Origin: Bacilli bacterium
GTDB taxonomy: Bacteria; Bacillota_I; Bacilli_A; RFN20; CAG-288
Assembly: GCA_041669865.1 (NCBI GenBank)
Contig: JBAYAI010000001.1
Span: forward strand, 1 to 45,344
Direction of reading: 5' to 3'
Length of the DNA stretch: 45,344 nt
Below, one piece after another: positions 35,822 to 45,344 of the stretch. Below the pieces are notes generated by a model. It saw nothing but the letters and a program-made list of their open reading frames with translations. It did no database searches and was not told where the DNA came from. Within the stretch, counting starts at the first letter, position 1; each line of letters begins with the position of its first letter. A program made the translations under genes and the position numbers.

Positions 35822-38035
35822 ATGGAAATAGACAACAAGGTTTATACTTTCGATGGAGTGATCAAATCTATCTCGGAGTATATAAAGAATGAGGCAGACC
35901 TTGTTAAGATTAAGAAAGCTTACGAGTTTGCCAAGAAAAAGCACGATGGTCAATTTAGAAAATCAGGTGACCCTTACATCACTCACACGTTGGGTGTGGC
36001 TTTTATCTTGTCAACTTTACATACATCTCCAGCGACAATCATCGCGGGATTCCTTCACGATACCATCGAAGATACCGATACGACAAAGGAAGAAATAACG
36101 AAGGAATTTGGTTTGGAAGTTGCTTTCTTAGTTGAATCCTTGACTAAGATTACGAGACTTTCAGATTTCCACAATATAGATTTCCAGGCTGAGGACCACC
36201 GCAAGATATTCATTGCGATGGCCAAGGATATTAGAGTTATTATCATAAAGTTAGCCGATCGCTTGCACAATATGAGAACTCTGCAGTTTCAACCGCCTCG
36301 CAAGCAGGAGAGAATATCTAAAGAGACACTCGACGTCTACGTTCCTATCGCTCACCGCTTGGGTTTGAATCAGGTAAAGTCAGAGATGGAAAATCTCTGC
36401 TTGTACTACCTCAAGCCGGACGAATTCAAAAAAATCGAAAATGAACTAGCTGTGACGAATAAAAATTCGACCGCTTCCTTGAGGAAAATTCGCAAAAAAG
36501 TTACGGATCTTCTAGATAAAGCGGGAATCGAATACGAGATTTCCTCGAGGGTTAAATCGATATATTCTATATATAAAAAGATGTATATTAAGAATTATTC
36601 CTTCAAGGATATCTACGATATTTTGGCTTTGAGAATCATCACTAAGACTGAGACGAATTGCTACGAGATACTCGGATACATTCACTCGGCTTTCATTCCG
36701 GTCCCTGGTCGATTTAAGGATTATATCGCCATGCCTAAGCCCAATCTATATCAGTCCTTGCACACGACTATTCTTTCCGGAGATGGTCATGTATTTGAGA
36801 TTCAAATTCGAACTAAGGAGATGGATGAAACTGCTGAAGGAGGAGTTGCTGCTCACTGGAGGTACAAGGAAGGAACGACTTACGATCCGAAGAAGGAACA
36901 AAAAGACATTGAAGAGAGGCTGCACTGGTTTAAGGACTTTGTCGACATTTCCAGCGGCGAAGAGGGAGCAGAAAACGATGCTCAAGAATTTGTTAACCTC
37001 ATGCAAAAAGACATCTTCTCTGCCAACGTATACGTTTTTACACCGAAGGGAAAGGTGATTTCTCTCCCCAATGGAGCGACACCTATCGACTTTGCTTATC
37101 GCATTCATACGCGTATCGGCGATTCTTTATATGCCGCAAAGGTCAATAACAAACTAGTTCCGCTCTCCGCCAAATTGAAGACTGGAGATATTGTTGAAGT
37201 TGAGACCAAGAAGGGCGCGACACCAAATTCTGAATGGTTGAATATCGCTCAGTCTAACTTTGCGAAGTCCCACATTCGAAAATTCCTCTCTAAGCAAAAT
37301 GCTGAACTGGTTAAGGACAGCCAGATTGAGAAAGGAAGAATCAGCCTTGCTGATTCCTTAAAAGAGCGAAAGATCGATGCGAAGATCGATGATATCATCG
37401 ATTCAAAAGTCTACACTCATTTTAAATGTGCGAACACAGATGAATTTTATTTAAAGATATGTAACCGAAACATCATGCCGCAGCAGGTTATTGACTTCTT
37501 GAAATTGGAACCCGCCAGTTCTTCTGTCGAGCGGGCGATAATTGATCAAATTGAGTCCAATTCCAATAAAGTGAGTTCCCTGGACAACAAGGATGTAGTC
37601 GTGCTAGCTGATGGTGATTCTGCTATGATGACTCTCGCTACATGTTGCTCTCCAATTCCCGGCGATGAAATTATCGGTTACATTACTAAGGGAAGGGGAA
37701 TTACCGTGCACCGCGTTGGTTGCCCTAACATTGCAAAAGAAACTAAGCGGTTGGTCGATGTTAAGTGGAACAAGAACACACCTAACACGATAAAATATCC
37801 AGTCGATATCGTCGTTGAGTGCTACGATCGCCCCAACCTCGTTGTCGATGTGATGAATAAGGTTAGCTCCTTAGGAGCGACAATCATTAACTTTTCAGCA
37901 AATTATCGCGCCGTTCAAGGAATTACAATCATCTCGCTCACCGCAATGGTTGTCAATTTGGAAAAGTTAAAAGTATTATTTAAAAACTTGGAACAAGTTA
38001 AGTCAGTATATGAAGTTCGCAGAGAATTTCACTAG
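35822..38035 (+). CDS. relA: Bifunctional (p)ppGpp synthetase/hydrolase Rel
   Basis: 737 aa. HD hydrolase (HTLGVA..LHDTIEDT), synthetase (RFKDYIAMPKPNLYQSLHTT, EIQIRT), TGS domain, and C-terminal ZFD/ACT (CCSPIPGDEIIGYIT.GRGITVH). Synteny apt-rel. Confidence 0.94.
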   Translation: MEIDNKVYTFDGVIKSISEYIKNEADLVKIKKAYEFAKKKHDGQFRKSGDPYITHTLGVAFILSTLHTSPATIIAGFLHDTIEDTDTTKEEITKEFGLEVAFLVESLTKITRLSDFHNIDFQAEDHRKIFIAMAKDIRVIIIKLADRLHNMRTLQFQPPRKQERISKETLDVYVPIAHRLGLNQVKSEMENLCLYYLKPDEFKKIENELAVTNKNSTASLRKIRKKVTDLLDKAGIEYEISSRVKSIYSIYKKMYIKNYSFKDIYDILALRIITKTETNCYEILGYIHSAFIPVPGRFKDYIAMPKPNLYQSLHTTILSGDGHVFEIQIRTKEMDETAEGGVAAHWRYKEGTTYDPKKEQKDIEERLHWFKDFVDISSGEEGAENDAQEFVNLMQKDIFSANVYVFTPKGKVISLPNGATPIDFAYRIHTRIGDSLYAAKVNNKLVPLSAKLKTGDIVEVETKKGATPNSEWLNIAQSNFAKSHIRKFLSKQNAELVKDSQIEKGRISLADSLKERKIDAKIDDIIDSKVYTHFKCANTDEFYLKICNRNIMPQQVIDFLKLEPASSSVERAIIDQIESNSNKVSSLDNKDVVVLADGDSAMMTLATCCSPIPGDEIIGYITKGRGITVHRVGCPNIAKETKRLVDVKWNKNTPNTIKYPVDIVVECYDRPNLVVDVMNKVSSLGATIINFSANYRAVQGITIISLTAMVVNLEKLKVLFKNLEQVKSVYEVRREFH

Positions 38036-38044
38036 GAGGAAAAA

Positions 38045-39331
38045 ATGAAAGCTGAAAGAATTAAAAAACCTAGAGGGACCTCTGATTTTATCGGAGAAGA
38101 TAAAGCTTTGTTCGACAGTATTGTTGAAAAGCTGTTTTTAGCCGCCGACAAGTTTGGATGTCAAAAGATTGATGTTCCGATTTTCGAAGAACAGCAACTG
38201 TTCTTTAGAGGGGTCGGTGAAAGCTCAGATATTGTCTCGAAAGAGATGTTTAAACTTGATGTTAAAGGGGAACATAACTACATTATGCGCCCAGAGTTTA
38301 CCGCTTCGGTCAACCGCTCTGTCATCGAGAATAAACTGTTCGCTTCTCCGGATTTACCGATAAAATTATCATACTGTGGGCCGGTATTTCGCTACGAGCG
38401 TCCTCAAGCTGGGAGATTGCGTCAATTTCACCAGTTTGGCATTGAATTTTTTGACAGCAAAATCGATACGATGACGGCTATGGATTCTGTTTTGCTCTTG
38501 TATCGAGCGGCAGAAGAGATTCTCGGACACGAATTGTATTTGAAAGTTAACTATTTAGGCGGAAGTCAAGCTCGCGAAAATTATAGAAAGGCACTGCGTG
38601 AATATTATCGAACAAAGGTCGATTCAATGTGTGAAGATTGCCATCGCCGCTATCAGATTAACGTTCTTCGCATGCTCGATTGCAAGGTTCCGGAAGATAT
38701 CGAAATAAACAAGGGAGCACCTGCAATATCCGGTTATTTGATCGAGGAAGATAAGAAAAACTTCGAGACGATGTTGAATGCTCTTGACGCCTTGAAAATT
38801 GAATATAAGCGCGATGATAGACTCGTGAGAGGATTGGATTATTACACGGGTTTGGTTTTCGAAATATACGATCCGCTCAATCGCAAGTTGGGCGCTATAG
38901 GTGCCGGAGGACAGTACGGAAAACTCATGGAGGAACTCGGCGGTCCGGAGATGGAGGGAATCGGTTTTAGCTTCGGTATTGAGCGGCTTATGCTCGCTCT
39001 TGATTCCAAGCAAAAAGAGCAGCTGGTTAACCAGCAAAGTCTCGATTATTTCATCGTTGATCTTCGGGCTGAGAAAGATGCCTTAGGAATTATTCTCGCG
39101 GATATTTTGCGCAGTGCCGGTCGCAGTGTCAGTGCTTCCTCATATTCGAAAAAGATAAATGGAAGTTTAAAGATGGCTGATAGACTTAAAGCAAAAACTA
39201 CCTTGATTTTCACTGATAACAATCCTGGTGTTGTTCTCATCAAGAATATGGAAACGCGAGAGCAAATTGAATATCCAAGTTCTGATGTCGATAAGATTGT
39301 TTCAAAACTGATGGAAATGGAGAGGGAATAA
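38045..39331 (+). CDS. hisS: Histidyl-tRNA synthetase
   Basis: 428 aa. Motifs: MRPEFTASVNR, FRYERPQAGRLRQFHQFGIE, GGQYG, GFSFGIERL. Confidence 0.93.
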   Translation: MKAERIKKPRGTSDFIGEDKALFDSIVEKLFLAADKFGCQKIDVPIFEEQQLFFRGVGESSDIVSKEMFKLDVKGEHNYIMRPEFTASVNRSVIENKLFASPDLPIKLSYCGPVFRYERPQAGRLRQFHQFGIEFFDSKIDTMTAMDSVLLLYRAAEEILGHELYLKVNYLGGSQARENYRKALREYYRTKVDSMCEDCHRRYQINVLRMLDCKVPEDIEINKGAPAISGYLIEEDKKNFETMLNALDALKIEYKRDDRLVRGLDYYTGLVFEIYDPLNRKLGAIGAGGQYGKLMEELGGPEMEGIGFSFGIERLMLALDSKQKEQLVNQQSLDYFIVDLRAEKDALGIILADILRSAGRSVSASSYSKKINGSLKMADRLKAKTTLIFTDNNPGVVLIKNMETREQIEYPSSDVDKIVSKLMEMERE

Positions 39332-39335
39332 TATT

Positions 39336-41060
39336 ATGTTAAGAAATGCAACTTGTGGCGAATTAACCCTGAGCGACGTTGGCAAGAAAGTCACTCTTGC
39401 CGGATGGTGTCAAAAATTGAGAAATCTAGGTTCGCTTGTCTTTATGGATTTGCGCGATCGCTATGGCATAACACAGGTTAATATTGCTCCGGAATTGTAC
39501 GAAAAAGTTAAAGTCAAATCCGAATATTGCTTGCAGGTGATTGGGGAAGTGGTCGCTAGAAGCGAACCTAATCCCCATCTTCCGACGGGAAAGATTGAAA
39601 TAGTAGCGGAAGAAATTAATATTTTTTCCAAGTCGAAAGTTCCGCCCTTTATCATTGCTGACGAGACGGATGCTCTCGAAGATACGCGACTTAAGACGCG
39701 ATATCTCGACTTGCGAAGGCCTGTCATGCAGAAAAATCTTGAGATTCGTGCCCGCTTGCTGAAAGCGAGCCGCGATTACTTGGAAGCGTTGAATTTTTTA
39801 GAAATTGATACGCCTACTCTTATCAAATCGACTCCGGAGGGAGCGAGAGACTACTTGGTACCGTCGCGGACCAAACCTGGTAAGTTTTTCGCTTTACCGC
39901 AGTCTCCACAAATATTTAAGCAACTTTTGATGATTGGCGGCTTTGATCGCTACTACCAGATTGCTCGCTGCTACCGCGATGAAGATTTACGCGCTGACCG
40001 TCAGCCGGAATTTTCTCAAATTGATTGTGAGATGTCATTTGTCAGCCGCGAAGATGTATTGCAAGTCATCGAGGGACTAGTTTCAAACATGTTTGAAAAG
40101 GTCATCGGATATAAACTTCCAAAGTTTGAGAGAATATCATTTAAGGATGCTATTTCTCTCTACGGATCCGACAAGCCTGATATGCGTTTTGGCATGTTGA
40201 TTCAAGATGTTACTGACATTCTTACAAAAGGCGAATTCAAGGCTTTTGAAGGAAAGAGAGTCAAGGCGATAGTTGTCCCGGGATACGCGGATAAATGTTC
40301 GCGTAAAGTTCAGTCAAAAGACATCGATCTCGCTAAAAAGTATAAAACGCATGGCGTTTCTTTCTTTAAGGTAGTAGGTGGAAATGTAACTGGATCTCTC
40401 AGCAAGTTTTACGAGCAGTCTCAGTTGAATTTACTCTTGGCGCGCTTGGATCTCAAAGATAACGATTTAGTGATCGTCGGTGCGGATGAGAACGAAGACA
40501 AAATGAATGTCGCTCTCGGAGCTCTTCGACTGAAGTACGGAAGAGAATTGGGATTGATGAATCCAGATGTCTTTGCTCCATGCTTCGTCATTGACTGGCC
40601 GATTTTTGGTGAGGAAGATGGAAAGATTGTTTCTCTCTCCAATCCCTTCACCCGCCCTCGCGATGAAGATTTAAAATATTTAGACAGCGATCCGACAAAA
40701 GTCCTTTCTTACGCTTATGATACGGTGATAAATGGATCAGAACTATCTTCCGGTTCATTGAGAATTCACGATGGCAAACTTCAACAAAAGATATTTGAAC
40801 TCTTGGGGTTGAGTGATGATGAAATCAAAAATCGCTTTGGTTTCTTTGTTGACGCTTTCAACTACGGCACTCCTCCTCACGGTGGATTTGCTCTCGGGGT
40901 TGAACGTTTGACTATGCTTATGGCTAAGACGGAAAACGTTCGAGATGTCGTGGCTTTTCCGAAGAATCTATCCGCCGTTGATACCATGTGTGAAGCGCCT
41001 TCGAGTGTTCCGAAGGAAAATTTAGATATACTAGGAATACAAATAAAGGAGAATGATTAA
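39336..41060 (+). CDS. aspS: Aspartyl-tRNA synthetase
   Basis: 574 aa. OB anticodon domain, QSPQIFKQLLMIGGFDRYYQIARCYRDEDLRADRQPEFSQID, GGFALGVERL. Confidence 0.94.
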   Translation: MLRNATCGELTLSDVGKKVTLAGWCQKLRNLGSLVFMDLRDRYGITQVNIAPELYEKVKVKSEYCLQVIGEVVARSEPNPHLPTGKIEIVAEEINIFSKSKVPPFIIADETDALEDTRLKTRYLDLRRPVMQKNLEIRARLLKASRDYLEALNFLEIDTPTLIKSTPEGARDYLVPSRTKPGKFFALPQSPQIFKQLLMIGGFDRYYQIARCYRDEDLRADRQPEFSQIDCEMSFVSREDVLQVIEGLVSNMFEKVIGYKLPKFERISFKDAISLYGSDKPDMRFGMLIQDVTDILTKGEFKAFEGKRVKAIVVPGYADKCSRKVQSKDIDLAKKYKTHGVSFFKVVGGNVTGSLSKFYEQSQLNLLLARLDLKDNDLVIVGADENEDKMNVALGALRLKYGRELGLMNPDVFAPCFVIDWPIFGEEDGKIVSLSNPFTRPRDEDLKYLDSDPTKVLSYAYDTVINGSELSSGSLRIHDGKLQQKIFELLGLSDDEIKNRFGFFVDAFNYGTPPHGGFALGVERLTMLMAKTENVRDVVAFPKNLSAVDTMCEAPSSVPKENLDILGIQIKEND

Positions 41061-42418
41061 TGGGAATAAACTTCGGGTCATTGAATTTGAATTTGGAATT
41101 GGTCGATTACCTTAAACGAGCTCAATATAAAAACCTTTCACCTGTTCAAGAAAAGGCGATACCGGTCTTGCTTAAGCACAAGTCCGCTGTTGTCAAAGCA
41201 CCTACCGGTTCCGGCAAGACTCTGGCTTACCTTTTGCCAATTCTTGAAAATATTAGCGTAGATCAAAAGGGAACCGTTGGGGTGGTTATCGTTCCAACAT
41301 CCGTTCTCGCTAACCAACTTAGAGATGTTTTGTTGCCTTTCAACAAAGGATATCGTCGCTTTTCGACGGCTGTTATTGCGGAAGGTAACGAGATAAAGGG
41401 GAAAATAAATTCCAATATTGTCATTGCGACACCTGAACAATTTCTCTTCAATTTGGACAAGCTCAATCTCAAGAATAATAAGTATTTAGTTGTCGACGAA
41501 GGAGATATGATTCTCTTTGGTGGATTTGAAAGTCAGCTCAATGAAATACTCAATCTCGATATTCCAGGGACCAAAGCGCTTTTTACCGCTTCTATCGATG
41601 AGCATTTGAATACTCTCGTTCGCAGATACATTGGAGCGGAAGCCTTGATTGACGTTTCGGATAAGTCGATAACTTCTAAGAATGTCACTCACTGTCTAGT
41701 CGATATTCGTCACGTCGATAAAAATTTGGCAGTTGAGCGCTTTCTCAAAGCAGTCAAACCATATAAGACCATCGTCTTTGTATCGCGCAAGAGCGATTTG
41801 ATACCGCTCGATAAAAAGCTTACTGCTGATGGAATCCCGCACCTGCTCGTTCATGGAGATATGAACAAAAGAGAGCAAAAGCAAGCTACGCGCTTATTTA
41901 ATAAGGATAAGTATAACTTGATGATTGCTACTGATATTATTGCAAGAGGTATCGATATTGAAAATGTGACCGACATTGTCTCTGTCGACTTGCCGTATGA
42001 CTTGTCTTACTATTTCCATCGCGCTGGACGCTCCGGCCGATTTGACAAAAAGGGAACCAGTTACGTCTTCTACAATAACGACGACACTTCAAAGGCAAAA
42101 GAATTGGTGAAGAGAGGTGTTAATTTTACCTTTTATTCTCTGAGAGATGGCGGACTGGTTAAGGAACGCGATCTCAACCAAATTAAGCCTAAACGCAAGC
42201 TCAACAATGTTCTTCTTGAAGAAGAGATAAGAAAAAATATTTCTCGTCTTCGCACGAAGAAAGTTAAACCTTGCTATAAGAAAAAAATACGTCAAGAAAT
42301 CGCCAGGACAAAAAGGAAGCACAAGCAAAAGATCATAAAATCCAACATTTATAAGCGCAATAGCAAAGAGGGAACTGAATTTACATATATAACTAAGCTC
42401 CCTAAAAATAAAAAGTGA
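41060..42418 (+). CDS. DEAD-box-family ATP-dependent RNA helicase (motif II is DEGD) with a basic C-terminal tail
   Basis: 452 aa. Q motif (LSPVQEKAIP), motif I APTGSGKT, Ia VPTSVLA, II VVDEGD, III TAS, V ATDIIARGIDI, VI HRAGRSGR. The last roughly 90 aa are K/R-rich. The start shares one nt with the aspS stop. Confidence 0.85.
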   Translation: MGINFGSLNLNLELVDYLKRAQYKNLSPVQEKAIPVLLKHKSAVVKAPTGSGKTLAYLLPILENISVDQKGTVGVVIVPTSVLANQLRDVLLPFNKGYRRFSTAVIAEGNEIKGKINSNIVIATPEQFLFNLDKLNLKNNKYLVVDEGDMILFGGFESQLNEILNLDIPGTKALFTASIDEHLNTLVRRYIGAEALIDVSDKSITSKNVTHCLVDIRHVDKNLAVERFLKAVKPYKTIVFVSRKSDLIPLDKKLTADGIPHLLVHGDMNKREQKQATRLFNKDKYNLMIATDIIARGIDIENVTDIVSVDLPYDLSYYFHRAGRSGRFDKKGTSYVFYNNDDTSKAKELVKRGVNFTFYSLRDGGLVKERDLNQIKPKRKLNNVLLEEEIRKNISRLRTKKVKPCYKKKIRQEIARTKRKHKQKIIKSNIYKRNSKEGTEFTYITKLPKNKK

Positions 42419-42432
42419 TTTGTTAAATAATT

Positions 42433-42463
42433 AAATCCAAACTTCGCGGTTTGGATTTTTTTT
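42433..42463 (+). terminator. Rho-independent terminator after the helicase gene
   Basis: Stem aaatccaaac, loop ttcgcg, stem gtttggattt (10-bp perfect stem), followed by a T run. Confidence 0.85.
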
Positions 42464-42484
42464 ATATCTTAAGTTCATCTAAGT

Positions 42485-42512
42485 TTGACAAGTTAACATA
42501 TTGATGTATAAG
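42485..42512 (+). promoter_or_regulatory. Candidate sigma-A promoter for the DUF1566 lipoprotein gene
   Basis: TTGACA (42485-42490), a 16-nt spacer, then TATAAG (42507-42512). A GGAGG RBS precedes the ATG at 42553. Confidence 0.5.
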
Positions 42513-42552
42513 ATCAGCAAAAATATTTCAAATATTTGGAAGGAGGTATCTT

Positions 42553-43755
42553 ATGAAAAGTCGAAAAAGAATATTTTTATTGATGGGAATCCCACTTGTC
42601 TTGAGCGGATGTTCATCAACTAGTTCAACCTTATCGAGTGAATCTAGTTCGGAAGATGTAGTATTAAAAGGGAACGGCAGCGTGGTTACCACGGGTCAAA
42701 ATGTCGATTATGATGCGGATGGAAATGTAATTGAACCCGAGGAAGGGGACGATTTCTATGGTCAGGATGCTGATTATGACAGCCCCGCTTTTTCCTTTAC
42801 ATCCTGGGAAGATACTGTGATAGATAACAATACTGGATTGATGTGGCAAGCTGTACCGTCGGATGACAAATTTAGTTGGTCAGAAGCAGTTGATTACTGC
42901 GATAATCTCGAACTCGACGGTTTTACTGAGTGGAGGCTACCAACAGCGGAAGAACTGTTCTCAATCAGCGATTTTGAAGAAGGTTGGCCATATTTAGATA
43001 CAGACTATTTTAGTTTTCCATCTTCTACAATAAGCGGACCAGGAGGCGATGGCTCTCCACAGGGAAGAGTAAATGCTGACGATGATTCCAGCGAAAGCAT
43101 TTCCAAGGATCAAGGTCAGTTTTGGACAAGTAATTACTACAAGGTGACTGAAGAAGGCGCAGCTAAAGATGTTGCTTTTGGCGTCAACCACGCAACGGGG
43201 CACATCAAGGCATATCCCGCTTCGGTTACCGGAACAATGGGTAAGCACGTCAGAGCTGTACGCGGAGATGAATATGGCGTGTCAAATTTCACGGATAACA
43301 ACGATGGAACTATTACCGATGAGACTTCCGGACTCATGTGGATGAGCGCAGACTTAGATGAAGCTATGGATTGGGAAGATGCTCTAGATAGTGCGGAAAA
43401 TTCAACTTTTGCCGGTTACACCGATTGGAGACTTCCCGATGTTAAAGAACTTCAATCGATTGTCAATTACGATGGAAGTTACCCCGCAATTGACCAAAGC
43501 TTATTTACGTGTTCGGATTTTGAAGAAAACGAGAATTATTACTATTGGACTGGAACATCGGCTTATTTTAGTAAATTAAATCCCGGTTACGGTTACGCTT
43601 GGTACGTGGCATTTGGATTTGCCGTGGGTAACGATGGTTTAGATAGTCACGGCGCAGGAGCTGTTCGTTTTTCTCCCAAGTATGAAAACAGCCAATTTGA
43701 AGGAGAAGGCGGGGACAACATGTTAAATTCTGTTCGTTTAGTGCGAAATATCTAA
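42553..43755 (+). CDS. Lipoprotein with two DUF1566 (Lcl C-terminal-like) repeats
   Basis: 400 aa. Signal peptide plus lipobox LVLSGC and an S/T-rich linker. Two repeats carry GLMWQ...W.EA..YC..L...GFTEWRLPTAEEL and GLMWM...WEDAL.......GYTDWRLPDVKELQSI. Confidence 0.8.
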   Translation: MKSRKRIFLLMGIPLVLSGCSSTSSTLSSESSSEDVVLKGNGSVVTTGQNVDYDADGNVIEPEEGDDFYGQDADYDSPAFSFTSWEDTVIDNNTGLMWQAVPSDDKFSWSEAVDYCDNLELDGFTEWRLPTAEELFSISDFEEGWPYLDTDYFSFPSSTISGPGGDGSPQGRVNADDDSSESISKDQGQFWTSNYYKVTEEGAAKDVAFGVNHATGHIKAYPASVTGTMGKHVRAVRGDEYGVSNFTDNNDGTITDETSGLMWMSADLDEAMDWEDALDSAENSTFAGYTDWRLPDVKELQSIVNYDGSYPAIDQSLFTCSDFEENENYYYWTGTSAYFSKLNPGYGYAWYVAFGFAVGNDGLDSHGAGAVRFSPKYENSQFEGEGGDNMLNSVRLVRNI

Positions 43756-43868
43756 TATTTCAATTCTCTTAAGTCTATCTTAACTAGAGTAAATATACTG
43801 AAAGTATAAACTAAAAAAATACATTGTATACTGTCGAATTACTTTTAAAAAACCAAAAGGAGGTTACT

Positions 43869-45317
43869 ATGATGAAAAAGAAATTACTTACCGTAGCTCT
43901 TAGCACATTATTGCTGGCTAGTTGCTCGGACACTTTGACGACAAGTCTGTCAGTTGATTCTACTAGCTCAACATCCGTCGATTCGACGTCGAGCGGCGAA
44001 ACGATTGACACCTCGACCCAAGTGGTGACAAGCGAAGAGGATGATTTGATCGAGATTGTCGATGGCACAAGTCAAGTTGAGCTAAACGATTATTCCGATG
44101 AATTTAAATCAGCTGAACTGGAGACGACTTATGAAGTTGATACAACTGTCGATCTATCGACTGTTACTGATACTTATACGATCTCAGAAAAGGGAACATT
44201 CCTCTTCACGGGCTCGGCTGAGAACGTTCAAATTATCGTTGATGTCGAGGATGAAAAGGTTCACGTTATCTTATCAGATGCGACAATCACGAATGAAAAT
44301 CTAGCGTGCATCTACGTAAAGAATGCGGACAAAGTATATGTGACGACCGCTGATGGCACGACAAACACACTGACTGCTACCGGTGAAATAGCTGATGACG
44401 ATGACGAGGATTTGGATGCGGCTGTATATGCCAAAGACGACTTGGTATTCAATGGATTGGGAACCCTTAAAATAAATTCGGATGAAAACGGAGTTACGGC
44501 TAAGGACGATTTCAAAGTTACAGGTGGAACGGTCTATGTAACAGCTGACAACCACGGTATTAGAGCAAATGATTCCATTAGTATAACTATGGCAACGCTC
44601 TATGTCGATGCTGGTAAAGATGGTCTTCACACCGAAAACGACGATTTAGATTCATATGTGTATATTGAGGATGGAACGGTATATATTGCTTCAGTCGATC
44701 AAGCTATTCAAGCGAGTTACGATTTTTATAACGCCGATGGAACCATCTATATAGAATCGCAGGACGAAGGTATTGAAGCAGCACAGATCAACTTGATTGG
44801 TGGCGAAGTAAGTATTGTTTCGAGAGATGATGCTTTAAATGGAACTTCAGATGATTTGGAAAATATTTTCGTCAATATAGTTGGTGGAACATTAGATATT
44901 TACGCTGAAGGAGATGGAATAGACTCAAATGGCGATATTTATGTTTCCGGTGGATACACGAAGATTGTTCAAGTTAATGATGAAAAAGGTTTATTGAATT
45001 ACGAAGGAACTTTATCTATCGATGGAGGAACCTTGATAGGTGTTGGTTCATCCGCAAAGGCACAAGCTAACGACTCTAGCACTCAAGGTTCGATACAAAA
45101 GACATTCGAAAGCAGTGGAGATCTTGCAGTGCGCGATTCGGAAGATAATTTGATTGCCAGTGTCTTCACCGATGAGGATTACGAAATGGTATTTGTTACC
45201 AGCCCGGATTTGATCATCGATGGAACATATACAATTGCAACTGAAACGGCATCGGAAGATATCGTTTTAAGTCAATTAAATTACGATGATGTCACTTCCG
45301 CAGTTGCAGAAGACTAA
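43869..45317 (+). CDS. Lipoprotein with a predicted right-handed beta-helix (Cthe_2159-like carbohydrate-binding family)
   Basis: The start is placed at the ATG at 43869 (GGAGG RBS 5 nt upstream). Signal peptide MMKKKLLTVALSTLLLASC with lipobox. Periodic rungs are visible: GVTAKDD.., HGIRANDS.., DGLHTEND.., QAIQAS.., EGIEAA.., DGIDSNGD... The protein is very acidic. Confidence 0.72.
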   Translation: MMKKKLLTVALSTLLLASCSDTLTTSLSVDSTSSTSVDSTSSGETIDTSTQVVTSEEDDLIEIVDGTSQVELNDYSDEFKSAELETTYEVDTTVDLSTVTDTYTISEKGTFLFTGSAENVQIIVDVEDEKVHVILSDATITNENLACIYVKNADKVYVTTADGTTNTLTATGEIADDDDEDLDAAVYAKDDLVFNGLGTLKINSDENGVTAKDDFKVTGGTVYVTADNHGIRANDSISITMATLYVDAGKDGLHTENDDLDSYVYIEDGTVYIASVDQAIQASYDFYNADGTIYIESQDEGIEAAQINLIGGEVSIVSRDDALNGTSDDLENIFVNIVGGTLDIYAEGDGIDSNGDIYVSGGYTKIVQVNDEKGLLNYEGTLSIDGGTLIGVGSSAKAQANDSSTQGSIQKTFESSGDLAVRDSEDNLIASVFTDEDYEMVFVTSPDLIIDGTYTIATETASEDIVLSQLNYDDVTSAVAED

Positions 45318-45344
45318 ACATATATCTTATTGTACCTTTCACTT

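Noticed and set aside
36746-37108. Long antisense or alternate-frame ORFs inside confirmed genes. Examples are 36746-37108, 38624-39037, 24496-24846, 25733-26089, 30560-30880, 1105-1449 and 10223-10477.
   Set aside because: All lie wholly within strongly supported housekeeping CDSs. They have low-complexity or hydrophobic nonsense composition, no RBS and no recognisable motifs. They are shadow ORFs of the kind typical in AT-rich DNA.
43940-44000. Short tandem peptide repeat SVDSTSS/SVDSTSS at the start of the beta-helix lipoprotein.
   Set aside because: There are only two imperfect copies, within a generic Ser/Thr-rich lipoprotein tether. This is not a repeat array of note.
1-45344. Search for CRISPR arrays, tRNA or rRNA genes, IS elements, integrases, phage genes, toxin-antitoxin pairs and known defence genes.
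   Set aside because: No direct-repeat/spacer arrays were seen. The intergenic gaps are too short or too AT-rich for tRNAs. No transposase, recombinase or nuclease-type ORFs are present. The window is core chromosome.

Overview
Low-GC chromosomal segment (Bacillota-like) that is mostly core housekeeping. There are no rRNA or tRNA genes, CRISPR arrays, transposases or integrases. TGA is used as a stop codon (e.g. 21590-21592, 22806-22808, 42416-42418), so this is not a code-4 Mycoplasma, although the gene content looks streamlined and rich in lipoproteins. Classic Firmicute synteny blocks are present: pfkA-pyk; dnaB(Bsu-type)-dnaI; ybeY-cdd-era-recO-glyQS-dnaG-sigA-trmK-nif3; apt-rel-hisS-aspS. 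thrS carries a T-box leader. Genes at 634-19102 are all on the minus strand, and genes from 19389 to the end are on the plus strand except ispH. Genes are tightly packed, with many 1-8 nt start/stop overlaps. The non-ordinary content is as follows. (1) A 10.4 kb minus-strand operon holds two tandem paralogous pairs of MacB/FtsX-type fused ABC proteins with very large extracytoplasmic domains; their substrate is unknown. (2) Between dnaI and ybeY sits a two-gene membrane module: a C39-peptidase plus ABC-exporter-TMD protein with no ATPase domain, followed by a 7TM protein whose cytoplasmic domain looks like a fully degenerate EAL domain. (3) The DnaI-like helicase loader has lost both Walker A and Walker B. 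(4) A full-length second RpoD-like sigma factor is inserted directly after sigA. (5) Two acidic surface lipoproteins lie at the 3' end. All family assignments come from motif reading by eye; no database search was run.
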